64,000 nt of DNA from Hemiscyllium ocellatum (GCF_020745735.1 NW_026867490.1:496001-560000), one strand, 5' to 3'; shown: positions 12,774 to 25,700, numbered from the stretch's first letter. Numbers and translations are program-made. The notes: generated from the letters alone by a model not told the origin.

Positions 12774-12973
12774 TCTCGATTATAGTGGTGCTGGAAAAGC
12801 ACAGCAGTTGAGGCAGCATCCGAGGAGCAGTAAAATCTGTATTCCTGATGAAGGCTTTTGCCCGAAACATTGATTTTACTGCTCCTCGGATGCTGCCTGA
12901 ACTGCTGTGCTTTTCCAGCACCACTCTAATCTAGACTCTGGTTTCCAGCATCTGCAGTCATTGTCTTTACCTA
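12774..12973 (+). mobile_element. Short Penelope-derived element with 54-bp inverted arms, hammerhead core and 15-bp TSD
   Basis: Arms 12784-12837 and 12872-12925 are near-perfect reverse complements; the spacer contains CTGATGA...GAAAC; direct repeat gtactcaataaggag at 12759-12773 and 12974-12988. Confidence 0.9.
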
Positions 12974-13439
12974 GTACTCAATAAGGAGACAGGTCTAAAT
13001 GTGCTGGAATGGTAGCGCCCAAACCTTTGAGCCCGGCAAACCAGGTTCAAGTCTTACCTTTTATTGAGGCGTGTGATAAACTCTGAATAGCTCGATTTGT
13101 TCAATAAGGAACCACGTTTGCGCATGCTGAAAAAGTAACATAGACCAAGGAGTAAGAAAGTATCACAATAGCCATAAAACCTGTAGAAGCACAAACAGGT
13201 GCTTCTAACCAAGACAAGAATGATAATTGCAGCACAGAAGAAGGGAATTTTGCCAATCCGATACATACGAGCTCTGATTAGCAATAATGCACATAATATC
13301 ATATCCTGTATCATAGAACATTGGAATTTACGAATTCTGTGCAGTGATAATTAATCGATAACTGCACAAATTAAAGAAAACCACTCTGGCCATCGTATCT
13401 AATCTTATGAGGGTTAAAAAAAAGCAATCGAATCTAATT

Positions 13440-13900
13440 CATTTCTAATTATTTGTTAGTAAACCGTGTTGTTCAACGCTTATGACTTCCACCCCTTTGT
13501 TGAAAGGGTTAAAGGCTTATTCCGTTTAAATTTCAGGCGGCAGTTTTCAGACCACACATAACATCCAAGTTAAAAACATCTAAACATTTTATCTCCCCTC
13601 TAAACCTTTTATCAACAGCATATAAGCTATTCCTCCGAGTTACTGGCGTCTCAAGCAAAGGTAATGCATGTTTTCAATCTGATCCATCCAGGCCACAGAA
13701 AAGTTTGAACTACACAAAAAAATCTCCCCTTAAGGTTCTCACCCTCAGGGAAAAAAATACAGAGTCTGTCAAAACTACCCTCATCATTAATTTTCCAGTC
13801 CTGTCAAAACCCCATAAATTGCCTAGTTGCCCTCTGGAATGCAAGTGCATCTTTCCATCTCAATGTTCCGAGTACAATAATAATCAAGGCATGATGAGAT
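13440..13900 (-). mobile_element. Degenerate CR1 LINE 3' fragment
   Basis: Antisense CR1 3' motifs (aaatctccccttaaggttctc..., ctaaacctttt). Confidence 0.6.
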
Positions 13901-14699
13901 ATGTTAAAGAGAACCAAATTTGGTTAGAGACTTCTATTCATGGATTGGATTCTGAACAAATGCTGTATAAAAATGTGTTCACGTTTCGATTTACCTCCAT
14001 GCTGAGCTGTGAACCATTCGACAGGGATACAACAAGTTACCTAAAACGTCAGAGCCTTTTGTATTTGTTTACAAAGTTGAAACCATCATTTCACAAAGCG
14101 TTGAGCGCTTCTTTTTATTATAAAGATGTTTGGACAACTGGCGTTTAAAGAAAAAAACGGAACAATGCTTCCATGCTTTGCAGGCAGACAGTTCTGTGTG
14201 CATTAGATTTGAACTTGTTCATTTTACGTGAAATGCTCCATGCCTGTGTGTCCTCTTATAGCCCAGAAGGTCCCCTGTGTCCGTTATACAATTTCTTTTC
14301 ATTGCTGCCTGCGACTTTTGAACAACTGTATTCTTCTCAACTTATCGTTTCCTGTAATCTTAAGTCAGAGCTTGGCCAAAGTGTTCATTGTTCAGTGCAT
14401 GTTTCTGTGATAGACCATAAGTGAAAAACGAATGGAGTTCAAATATTTGCAACTGTGATATTTAAATAAAACCGTAGACACTGAATTTTAACCGTTTGTA
14501 TCGTCCTTTCAATTGTTGTTACATTTCGATTAACTGCACGTGATACTGCTGAATGTTAGGGACCTGAAAATCAGTAAAAGCTGAATTTCAGCATCGGTGT
14601 GAATTCAAGCCATTGAAGAAGAAAAGAGAGGAACCGTTTATTCGAACGTTCGTTACTTCTATCAATTGAATTTATATATATATTGATATTATCAGTAGA

Positions 14700-15410
14700 T
14701 TTCTCATAAGTTATCCAGATTTCCACTTGAATGAATCTATTGAATGGCCTGTTAGCCTTCTTCCCTCCAATGAGAACAGGCCTAAGTCCCTCAGCATTTT
14801 ATTATAAGACCATTGCTTCAGACCAGGCAACTTCCTGGTAAATCTCTTCTGCACTTTTTCCGATGCTTTCACATCCATCCTTTAATAAGGCAACCAGATC
14901 TGAACACAACACACCACGTGAGGCCGCACTAGCATTTTGTACAGTTGCAACATGACGTCACGGCTCCGGAACTCAATCCCTCTACCACCAAAACCTGACA
15001 CATTGTATGCCTTATTAATAGAAATATTAACCTGGTTGGCAACTTTCTTGGATGTATGCACATGGACACCCAGATCGCTCTACACATCCACACAACCAAG
15101 AATCTTTCCATTGACCTAGTATTCTGCCTTCCTTTTATTCTTCCCAAAGTGAATCACGTCACATTTATCTGCCTTGAACTCTACTTGCCACCTTTCATCT
15201 CAGTTCTGCAGTTTATTCAAGTCTCTCTGTAACCTGCAAGCTTTTTCCAAACTGTCACCACTCCACCAATTTTTGTATCACCTGCAAACGGACTAATCCA
15301 TCCACTTTTACTTGCGTCAAAGTCTTTCATAAAAATCAGAAACAGCAATGGTCCCAAAACAGAACCCTGTGGCACACCACTAATAACTGGACTCCAGGCT
15401 GAATATTACC
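14700..15410 (-). mobile_element. CR1 LINE RT fragment
   Basis: Antisense encodes the (S)GVPQGSVLGPLLFL and FAGDTKIGG RT motifs and the downstream CR1 ORF2 C-terminus. Confidence 0.85.
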
Positions 15411-15679
15411 TGTACTATCGCTGCTGCCTTTCTTCAACAAAGCACAGCATTTGCTATCCTCCAGTCCTCTGGTACTAAACCTGTCAATAACGACGACTCA
15501 AAGATCAAGACCATAGGCCCGGCCATCCCCTTACTAGCTTCCCAGAGAATTCACTGGAAAATCCAGAGAACATATCTACCATCACATTACCTATGGAAAA
15601 GAAATCCGTGGCATAGATGGAAAGGAAGAATGTTTCAACAATCTGACTCTTCGGATAGCATGTTTCTCATTTGATGTTA

Positions 15680-15950
15680 GGTGAGGACGACTGGTCCTGA
15701 ACTCACTTAAGTTTTGAAGAATAAGAGGGAACCGATCCGAAACATTTTGAGATGGATTGAAAGTCTGCATCTATGGCGAGTGGGGGTAGACGTTGGTATG
15801 TTGATGAACTCGAACATTGGATAGCCTTCTTAGAATACACAGTGTAAAATTAGGATTGATAGTATTCGAGGTTTCTCCACGCAGAGAGTGGTGAACCTAT
15901 CTGTGTCCTATGTGGAAAATTTTCAACGGGATTGCTGAATTCCAGATACA
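15680..15950 (+). mobile_element. CR1 LINE 3' fragment
   Basis: agaataagaggga-ccgatc...tttctccacgcagagagtggtgaacct matches the CR1 3' end pattern. Confidence 0.6.
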
Positions 15951-15959
15951 TTACATCAA

Positions 15960-16200
15960 CTGCACTCTCCCGATCGCCTCTTCAAATTGTTCAATCTGTT
16001 TGATTCTGACCCATGCCGTGCCAACTGTCCCTGATTACTAATTGAAGAGTAGTTCTGTTCTTCTGAATATTATTAAATCATTTCCCTGCCCTTGATGTGT
16101 CACGGACTAGTCTGCAAGTTTCGGGTACATCCCAACCATACTTCGTGAAAATTGGAATCACATTAGTTGTTCTCCGCCCCTCTGGTAACTGTAGCCAGAA
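15960..16200 (-). mobile_element. CR1 RT N-terminal fragment
   Basis: RTTNVIPIFTKYGWDVPETCRLV resembles the CR1 motif W..ANV.PIFKKG....NYRPVSL. Confidence 0.65.
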
Positions 16201-16367
16201 TGAAAACAAAAGTTGGGTCAGTATATTTTCGTTTTCTCCCTCACTTCCCACAGCAAACTGTATTACAACGCATCCCGACCTTGGATATCCATTCTGATTT
16301 CCCATTTGAACTAAGAGTGAACATTAATTGAGAGGGGTTGTAACTTGAGGCGTTTGCAGTCACTTAC

Positions 16368-16456
16368 CTTCTATGACAGTCACTATCATTCCAGGTCCAA
16401 TCAGGGCATCTTATTTCCAAAATAGTGACACCTCTCTTAGTCAGCCCAGAACAACA
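16368..16456 (-). pseudogene. J-like segment relic (candidate NAR-TCR J) with 12-RSS
   Basis: Reads ..ALIGPGMIVTVIE-G|gtaagt (G-x-G-x-x-V-T-V motif, phase-1 donor at 16368). The upstream RSS read on + is CACCTCT (16429-16435) + 12 nt + AGAACAACA. There is an in-frame TAA near its 5' end. Confidence 0.6.
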
Positions 16457-17021
16457 AGTATTGGCAGTTTATTACGTCTCACTTGGTTCAAACCCCTCAG
16501 CTCTGCTGCTAATTACAGAAGGGATTTTAATGAATTAACAGTATTACATATTTCTCAAATTCTGTTGTTGAAAGCAGTATTTTATGAGACTCGAATTCTT
16601 CACAGGTTAACTCTGGGACACGGTTCATAGATGATCACTTCATGGAAATGGGGGGAAATATCACAAGGAGATAAGAGAAAAAGGAAAATTGAAGGAAATT
16701 GTGCCAAAGATACGGAATCTAATGGATACACTAAATTGTGTCCCCAGGTTCCAGCTCTTAGAAGTGGATGGCAATTTCTGCTCTGGACTCCAAACTGCAT
16801 TTAGCATTCCCAACACTTACACAGATTCTATTCACAAGAATAAGAAAAAGGTAGCATCTATACAAACTCGGGCATGTTCAAATTTGCAGATGTTAACGCT
16901 ATACAACAGTAAAATTAGAAATAATAATGGGTGACAAATGGTGTGATGTAGAACTATGCGTTTGGCTACGAAGAGAATGCCTGGACTTTATCCTTTGTTT
17001 CTGTAAACAAAATGGAGGATT

Positions 17022-17447
17022 TTCTTTTGTATTGTGCAATGTATTTGGCCATCACTCTGTAGCAGTGATTTGCTTTTCTGTGATAGTGTCAGTGCCTTCA
17101 ATTCCTACACCTCGAATTTCCAGTGTAAATGCATTTTATTCTATATTCATCCGGACAACAAATCTTATTCGGCTCGAAATATTCTTCCGGTCTCTCCTGG
17201 TCTAGCTTTGCTTGAGGAAATATCTGTCTGGGAAACGATGACTCCAGTTCTGTATGAAATAAATGCCTGACAGTTGGTGAGACTGACTCCCCTTCCTGGT
17301 CATCTCTGTTGGGGTCAGTGTCATGGACTGACTGAAAGCACCTGGAAATTAAACAGACAGCGGTTAATTGATAATCAGAGCAAAGGAATACAACAAATGT
17401 TGCTAACCTTTGGCTATATCAACAGGAGGTCTGGTCGTGGTCAACAT
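17022..17447 (-). pseudogene. NAR-type (NAR-TCR/IgNAR-like) V segment pseudogene (candidate leader 17408-17447, V exon about 17060-17341)
   Basis: Acceptor tttccag|GT; GAFSQSMTLTPTEMTRK..GESV..NC; then RYFLKQS*TRRDRKNISSRIRFVVRMNIE*NAFTLEIRGVGIEGTDT(YHRKA). The FR2-to-RF distance is only about 20 aa (no CDR2 region) and the end resembles EDTATYYCKA. Candidate RSS CAGAGTG + 22 nt + ACAAAAGAA (17022-17059). Multiple frameshifts and stops. Confidence 0.75.
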
Positions 17448-20129
17448 TACTTTGAATCAAAATAATGTCTACTTGTTTCATCGGTGCTCACGGGTAGCCA
17501 GATACAGTGTGAAAATAGCAAAGATTTTGAGGATTCTGCCACCTACAGATGATGATTTACATGATGTACAGGCGCGGCCTGCAGATAAGAACTATTTAAG
17601 GACACAGAACCTCGCAGTTGCAATGAAATACTCGAAAGAATCGAGCAGATCTCCTCAGTGAATCTACTGAGATAATTGATGGACGGCACAGTTCTCTTAG
17701 ACCACACAGTTTGTTATTCGAATGCTGCAAGTTTCAAAGAGGTACCATGCAGCATTCTGTGAAACTGATGTGAATGTTGTTCACAACTTAGTTTGATAGC
17801 TCTGGCATCTGTGATGTGATTTTGAGTCGGTGAATACGCTTAATTTCCACTGCAAGTATAAGGAAAGAAATCGATCCCTGCACCTTAATTGGGTGGGGCA
17901 TGACTCGACAAAGTGATTCGCCAATCCACAGGCAAATGGAAAAAAAAATACGTTTCGAATAAACTGTCTCTGTCATTTGATCCAATCTCTCTTGCGTCCT
18001 TCTCCAATGCAAACTGCATTTAATATGGACCTTCAGCACGATTTCTGCCTTGGTACATGCACAGTTGCAGTGACAGAAATTAAGCTGAACCTGAAAAAGA
18101 AATAGATACTTGGGAATTTTTTCCAAAAAAAATCTTTATGTTAGACTAGATTTTCTTCGGCTATTCTGACACTGGAGCTGATACAATAACCTTGATCTCT
18201 GTCTATCAAAGTTGAATTCTTGCCATGCCAGCGCTGATTACACGAATACACCACTATTTTTTCTATACTATTGACCTTCCACAAGGATACTGCATCATGC
18301 CACACCTTTGTTCGTATTAAAGTAGTCATCAGTTTTTGCACACGACTATACCTGAGCTAATATTATACTCTTACACAAACTGCATCGGTTTTCATGTTAC
18401 TCAACTGTTGATTACAATGGGCTTTTCTCCAGTTATTCCTACACTGTAGCATGCCACATTTTATATCTTATTGACCATGTCTCTCTGCACTTGATGTTAC
18501 AACTTCTAATCCATGTTTTACTAATTAATCTATATTGCTCCGCCCTTATTTCAGACACATGATTGTATGCATCATTTGTTTCCAGACTGTAAATCTCGAA
18601 ATCATTCTCAAGCAGTTTGGCATAATGTCTTAACTATGGAGTTGGTTAAAGGTCTGGAGCCACATTGAGGCCCTAAGTGGCAATCTTTCATGTTATTTGT
18701 ATTTCAAATACTTACAATAGTGTCAAAAATTCTTCACTTATCCCCATGATTATAGCACATTTGGCAGGCAGATTTAAATTTATAAATGAACTGAAAACCT
18801 GTATTAGGACTGCAACTCACTCAGGAGCATAATTCTGTAATGCTATTGCCGGATTCCCACAAGGCACAACGTTCGTTCAGGGCACAGTGCCTTCATCCAT
18901 AACCTGTTGTGATGTGAAGCAAATAGAATTGGCCGAGGCCAGGGATTTGTGGTGGTCAGTACAACTCAAATGAAGAGTACCCATCAGCTGCTCTTTGTCT
19001 CTTGCTATTATGTGGGAGAATAACGTGACACATACTATGAAGTTCAGTATAAGTTTGTCTGATGTTGTGTAAGGTTGTATGCTTGTGGGGACTGAAGATC
19101 GGTCTGTTCTTCCATCAATAAAAGCATGACTGATCTGCATGAAGTGGATTGCGAAATCACTTCGTGCATACTGCCAAATAACATATGAAGATATTCTGTT
19201 GAAATGCTCGAGAATGAACTAAAGGTTTCTAACGAAAGCGCAATCCCTGTTTGATTAATCATTTTACAAATAAATAGTGCGCGATCCAAGCGATGAGATC
19301 ATTTTTTAAGTTCAAAATGGACATTTTACCACTGAATCTATAGATTCCCCAGTAACATGCAGCATTGTGATTGTCTCTCCACAGTTGCACCACGAAATTG
19401 TGCTGAAGCAACAATGTTGAATGCTTGTGGGCAGGGATTCTGGAAGGTCCTGAAACCACAGCAACGATCACTCTCGCCATGATAGAATAATACCTGCCAC
19501 TTGCTCGATCGAACTTGTCAGGAACAACCTGTTACTGAGAGCCTGTGTAGATTATTCATTCCTCAATCCAAGGTAAAATGCTGGCAGAACTTATTCAGGA
19601 AGCTTTGTCCATATGAGACGCCAAGATAAATAGCAGGCAGTAGATACATTGGCAATGTCATTTTGGGGAATAAAGTGAGACGCATCGTCGATATTCTCAA
19701 ACACTTTTCTGCTGTCATCTTTTACGCAATTTTATAGTGAAGTGTTCTTTGTGTCGACAGGAAACCAGAGGAGGCATGCCAAACGGACTTAAATTTTGAG
19801 ACTTACTCAGGGGTACTACATCTACTCTAGGCCAAGAGCTCTGAATTCAAAACGCATCTGCCCAGACCTGTTCCATAAGAGAGTAGAGCAGGTAACTTCT
19901 ATTTGTTGTTTCTTCCATATACAAATGATTCAGTTCACAAAAAGAGAAGCATTCCTCCAGGACCAAGTTGCTGCATGGATCACACAAACTTCACGATCAC
20001 ACAAATGACGGCATAAAGTGCATAAGAAGTGCAAAACATACAAATTGCTGTGTAATAAAAGAATGATATTTTATAGAAATTTTTCTATCAGCAATTCCAA
20101 ACTGTGCAAAAAATTTCAGATGAAAACGA

Positions 20130-20300
20130 ATCCAATCATACAGTGTTCAGGAGCCTGATGTAAAGAAACTGCTGCACAGTCTGACCTTGAGAGACCCAAT
20201 GCTCTGGTATCTTCTGCCAGATGACAGGAGGGAAAAGTGTTTGAATAAGGGATGTGTGTTGTCTTCCACAATGGCCTTAGACTTTTGGATGCAGCGTGTG
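20130..20300 (-). mobile_element. Rex1/Babar-like LINE 3' fragment
   Basis: Antisense resembles the HP...F..LPSGRRY C-terminal motif; similar to the element at 44.7-45.1 kb. Confidence 0.5.
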
Positions 20301-20469
20301 GTGTAATTTAGATTTTGTTGTCATTTGTACTCAACTACTGAAATATAAAAAATACAATGAAATGTGTGAAAGTCACAATTCTTTGGAGCCATTTTAGTAC
20401 ACAAACACAAAGGATGAAAAACAAAATCAGAAATAAAAGAAGGAGCAAAAAGAAAAATGAAACATTTAG

Positions 20470-20870
20470 ATTGGTTCCCGCATGAGACCTCACACCCAGA
20501 ATAGCAAAGCTACCAAGTACATTCATCAGTCTGCGCATACTCAGTTACAGCAAGACCTCACAATTCTGATGGAGCCAGTAGGCCAACGCTTCCACCGTCC
20601 ATTACATGGTGCCAGGCATGGGCTGCAAACATGCCATCGCTGTTGGCACCATGTCACTATTCTATTACTCCATATCGCCTGTATGGTTTTCCTGATACAC
20701 TACCCTCCACTTATTGAGCAGTCAATAGTGTTTCCACAAAGTAACTTTGTGGTCATCCAAGATAAAGAAGTGTGCTGTATTCCGCTGCTCGCTATAATAT
20801 GTAGGCCTCTGAGTTCCACAGTTTTGAGGAAGCAGTGCAGAACGTTGATCCAGTAAGTTTGCTTTTTTTT
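20470..20870 (-). mobile_element. Degenerate RTE-clade LINE fragment
   Basis: Frameshifted translation YIL*RAAEYSTLLYLG...WHHVMDGG...LAPSEL resembles RTE ORF C-terminal motifs (VYRAAV.STLLY; W.GHV.RM.DG; LY.EL). Confidence 0.5.
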
Positions 20871-22781
20871 TCTTGGCTTTGACCCTTTTAGAACTTTTCT
20901 TCGGATACTACAGAAAGGACGAGGTCCAATACAGAATCATTTCGAATTATGTATGCTTGAGATCATGATTTACACTTTGACATACGATGAACATGCACAA
21001 TTCTTTTACAACGCAGAAATCTTACAATCAGAACACAATGCATTGGCTTCAGATGCAACCAAAATGTCACTCCAAGTATGGCATAAGATTTTCTTGTCTT
21101 TGATGAGGATCATCATCAGGGTGTTCTCGGAATACATTACCCGGGAGTCCCATGGAGACAAGTAAACAGCCTTTTCGACCTGTTTCTTAATCACAGCAGC
21201 TGCCTTTCTTTGTGTCCAAGTGCTCCAAACCGAATCGAAACTAATTTTCGTCATCTAAGCAGCAACGCTCGTCACAATAATGTTTACAAAATTAGCGGTT
21301 CATCGTTCATATGGCTGTTTGTTTCAATACCTGCAATGCATTGGACAGCAGTGTAATTTCATCAACGGCCGGGATTGTTAAATAAGTAAGTAAGCAAGGA
21401 AGGTGGACTCAACTTGATCTGTTTTTTTTTATCAAAAGTACATTTACGTGTATTTGTGTATACAAATTGACACAACATTTTAATGAACTTATGTATCCAC
21501 GAAACCAAATGCGTTAACAACCGTGACTCTGCTGACATGTTCATGCTGAGTGGAACACTATGGAGCTGTCTCTTTGGACAGATTATTGGCCAATTATGAT
21601 TGCATATCAGTGAAGACAGGCTTCACGTACCCTGAAAGCAGCTGTTTTCAATGACCTATCCGCAGATTGAACTCAACCAATTGCATTACAGAATATCAGA
21701 ATCACGTTGCACTTGGTGAGTGATCAAGCAGAAAAAATAAGTTCAGTAGTGAAAAGGTGGTTGTGTCTTCCAAGACAATTTGCGTCTCTCAGGCTGGTCA
21801 CAAGTTGGAACGCCTGCTTTGTCCCAAAGTCCAGTTAATCATCATGTTGTTATCGGACGAAATGCAACTGGGGTAGATCCATAATCGTTGCCCATTGTCT
21901 GTTGGAACAGTACCTTAGCCCTTGATAAAATATCAATTCCAACTCTTCGTAAACGTCAGTCGAACAGCTGGTGCACTGGTCTGTTTTTGTTGAATAAATG
22001 CAATTAATATGAAACATGAAATATCTTAATTATTTCCCTCGAGACTTGCCAACAATTATAAATGTGAACATTTTGCATTGAAGTGCACAATGCATTGCAG
22101 CTTGCGTTAGAAATGCACGGAATACCGAAGGGTCTGGTATTTGCCATATACTATCCTGCTCTTGCAGTAGTCGGAGTGCCAGGTGAAGTACATAGCTTCA
22201 GTCACAATTGCTTCAATTCTAACTTTGGTTACTAACACATCTCGAAGATATGTATTTTCTCATTTTAATTAACGATGTCCGCCACTTCAACTGTACAAAT
22301 TATTTCTCTTATATTGTGTCTGATTCTCTACACTGCCGATTTTCTACTTTAAGTGCTGTACTTCACAAGTTAACCTTAAATTCGCGTCATTGACTGAGAT
22401 TTCTATCCATAAATAATTTAATTTCCTACATTCATCGTGCTATTTCCTCAACATAATCGTTAATTTCTTCTCATGACCTGCTTCGTTTACTGCTTTAGCG
22501 TTTGTTTCACAGGGGGACGTCACCATTTTCATACATTTTTCCCAATTTAGCTTTATCATCTCAAGATTAAAATATTGTTCTCCTGTTTTATTCAGTCATT
22601 TTGGGTAAGTTATGATAGTGCTACCACGTTTGGATGCTAGTATGCTGTATTATTCGGAATATTTCGAAGAGCCAAATGGCACAAAATTATTGCAATGGAA
22701 GTATTATCAGTGTTACTGTGGGAAAAGTATTGTAGTACTCCTTGCTGATGATGAATGTTATCAGCATGGAAGTGTGGGCCT

Positions 22782-23084
22782 GATTAGATTACTTACAGTG
22801 TGGAAACAGGCCCTTCAGCCCAACAAGTCCACACCAACCCTCCGAAGAGCAACCCACCCAGACAAATTACCCTACATTTGCACCTTCACCTAACACTATG
22901 AGAAATTTAGCATAACCAATTCACCTAATCGGCACATTATAGTACTGTGGGCGGAAACCGGAGCACCCAGAGGAAACCCACACATACACAGGGCGAACAC
23001 AGACAGTTTCCCGAGACAGGAATTGAACGCGGGTACCTGGCGCTGTGAGGCAGCAGTGCTATCCACTGTTCGAGCGTGCCATCC
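22782..23084 (-). mobile_element. tRNA-derived SINE (HE1-like), near full length
   Basis: tRNA-like head, central gggtttcctctgggtgctccggtttcc core, CR1-like tail ending in (atcta/atcaa)-type repeats. Confidence 0.9.
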
Positions 23085-23090
23085 ACGTTT

Positions 23091-23329
23091 TTAGATTAGA
23101 GTCTCTCTAGTATGAAACAGGCCTTTTGGCCCAATAAGTCCACATCGACCCTCCAAAGGGCACCCACCCACACCAGTGCCCCTACTATATATTTACCGGT
23201 GACTAACACAGCTAATGCTATGTGCAATTCACCCAACCTGCACATCTTTGGACTGTGGGAGGAAACTGGAGCACCCAGAGGGAAACCCACGCAGACATGG
23301 GGAGAACGTGCAAACTCCACACAGACAGT
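23091..23329 (-). mobile_element. tRNA-derived SINE (HE1-like), 5' truncated, tandem with the previous copy
   Basis: Same core (ggaaactggagcacccagagggaaacccacgcagacatggggagaacgtgcaaactccacacagac) and tail. Confidence 0.9.
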
Positions 23330-24099
23330 ATGTTGGGTTATTCTCAGCTTTCTGTCCATATATTTGCACATTGTATTACTGACCATGCAACAGTTACAGA
23401 ATAATTTTCAAAATACATCACTGAGAGTGGGAGTTTTAAGGTAGCCATTCACACCTCCACTGACTGGTCCAGTAATAACTCAACTTCCTTCGTTGACATC
23501 ATGCGCTTGCTTCTTGAAATGTTCATGTAATCAACTTTAGGTTGATACAATGTCAAGGAATTGACACTATTTCCAACAGCATTGTCGGCCTGAACATAAG
23601 TTAGAGCAATAGATGAAGAAAGTAGTGCACAGCTTCTGAAGAATAATTCGGTAGGGATCGGTAAGAGAAATGGTTTCAATTAATGAGGTATTAACAAGTC
23701 TTGTCCTTGACCACTGTGTATCATAGTCTTGCTAACATAGTGTCAATTAAGTCGTGATGGAGTAATTCCCAAATTGAGAGTTTGCGACCCTTGAACCAGT
23801 CGTTAGCGAACTGTGGACAGATATAGAAGCAAAATATGTACTCCAGATTGGTTATTGTTATTTTCCTTTGTCTCAAAGGGCACTGTTTACGTTTTCAGCC
23901 TGTTTTCCCCGCTTCAGTCTCTCAGCCCAGCTCTGCCCTTGCACATTGATAACTTGATGCTTCCATCATATTGTTTACTAAGGCAGAATTTATTTCTGCT
24001 ACGGAGAGCCTGCAATGTCTCACATTTTCCTCATCATGAATAGTTTCGACATATTGACACAGAACTGAGAGATTCAAATAATCAAATGGGCAATAGCAT

Positions 24100-25700
24100 C
24101 TTGAAAAAGGACTGATAGAATACTTTCATAATTTTTTTTTATAGCAGCCCATGCTGGCCTCATGCAGCAAGCTGGCTTTCCAAATGGTCAATCTTGCAGC
24201 AAGTTGGGATACATTACAAACTTTCTAGACATAGTAATCTGATTGTAATTCGCGCACAGTTTGAACAAAAAGGAATGTTTGAAGTCCAGACTTTCAATCT
24301 GAAACAAGGGCAATAATGTCATGAAGAGACATTTCATCCATGAAATGGAAATTTAGAATAAAGGATTCAAGAATAGTGATAATCTAGAAGATGAGTAAGG
24401 GAATGTTTCAGAACACAAAGATGAGAACTTATCCATCCAAATCAGAAATAAATATTCCATGGAGACAGTCAAATTCTGCAGCTAACTGAAAGTGTTAAAT
24501 AGGACCAATTAAATAAATAGCATAATTTTGTGAAAAAAATGGTGAATGGTCAAGAAATTGGTAGAATATGAAAGGATGGTTGAGTGTGAATAAAACTTTA
24601 ATTAGGAGAAAAGCATTGGATTCGGAGGGATTATTGCCCTCGTTATTTTACATTGGATTTTCCTGTAGTCAGCACAAATTATACCTCAGCAATAGCGTTA
24701 ACTTTGGAAATATTTGTTAGGATGGAAGTAAAGAACTGAAGAATCAGTAAAAAAAATATTGAGGAAATATTTCAAGTCCTATGCAAACAACAGGTCTCAA
24801 AAGATCAATCAGAAAATTTTATCTTAAGAATGTCTAAATACAATGGTTGAAGAGATTTGCAACATTGCTGAGATTTGGCAAAGAATACATTATCTTTATA
24901 AATAGCACAATTACGGTCTTTGTTCAAGATGTGGGGATGAAATGACTGGGAGAGAATCGAGGAAACTACAGGACACTTATCTGAAGGTGGCTGAATTGAA
25001 AATTGTACGAATCCATCGTAAAATTCACTGAAATAGCACTATTAAGCATAGAGTAATATGGCAATAAAAACGTTTTTTTTTCGAAGTGAAATCGTAATTA
25101 ATTTTATTGGAATTTTATGAAATCATTACATGAGGTGTGGCTAACGTGCAATAGAAAGATGTATGTAGATTTCCTAAATATTTCTCGTAAGTTACCAAAT
25201 GAATGGTTATAGTGTAGAATAAATTGCCATTGAATAATAATCATTACGTTTGCGTGGATAGGTAAACATGCTAGCAGGAATCAAAGAGGAGGCAAAACAG
25301 ATTTGCATTAGAAAAATGCAAAGCTTGCTGTATGGCAAGGATGAGTCCTGAGGCTTCGAGCGTTTGCAACATTTATGATTGTCATGGATAACAGGAACAA
25401 GCTATGGACGCTGAACACAATGAATGACACAAATAGGTTTGAATGTAAGTTCTGAAGACAGTATAAGCAGATTATAAAAGAAAAATACATCAAGTGAGTG
25501 GACAAAACAGTGATAACTGGGGTATAATTTGAAAGAAATTTAGAAGAAATAATAAAAGCTAAGCTGAGTGTCCACGTGAAGTGTGCTGACAGCTTTCTGG
25601 AATAACGAGGTTGTACACAAAGACATCAAGTAGATGAGGAACTGGATAGATTTTACTGATTAATATGGCAGAAATATAATTTTAATATCGTGAAGTTATG
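24100..25700 (+). mobile_element. Highly degenerate CR1 LINE ORF2 fragment
   Basis: Remnants of CR1 RT motifs (gatgtatgtagatttc, D..Y.DF-like; gtgtgctgac...acaa, FADDTK-like). Confidence 0.55.

Noticed and set aside
16560-16850. Candidate D segments between the NAR-type V and J (e.g. aattgtg-tccccag at 16734; cacttac...acaagaata at about 16813)
   Set aside because: None has both flanking RSSs with acceptable spacing.
19400-19680. Signal-peptide-like MYLLPAIYLGVSYGQS and Ig-like VVPDKF on the minus strand
   Set aside because: No consistent frame, no YYC, no RSS.
22980-23084. tRNA-like A/B-box sequences (also 30738 and 62777)
   Set aside because: They are SINE heads continuing into SINE core and tail, not tRNA genes.
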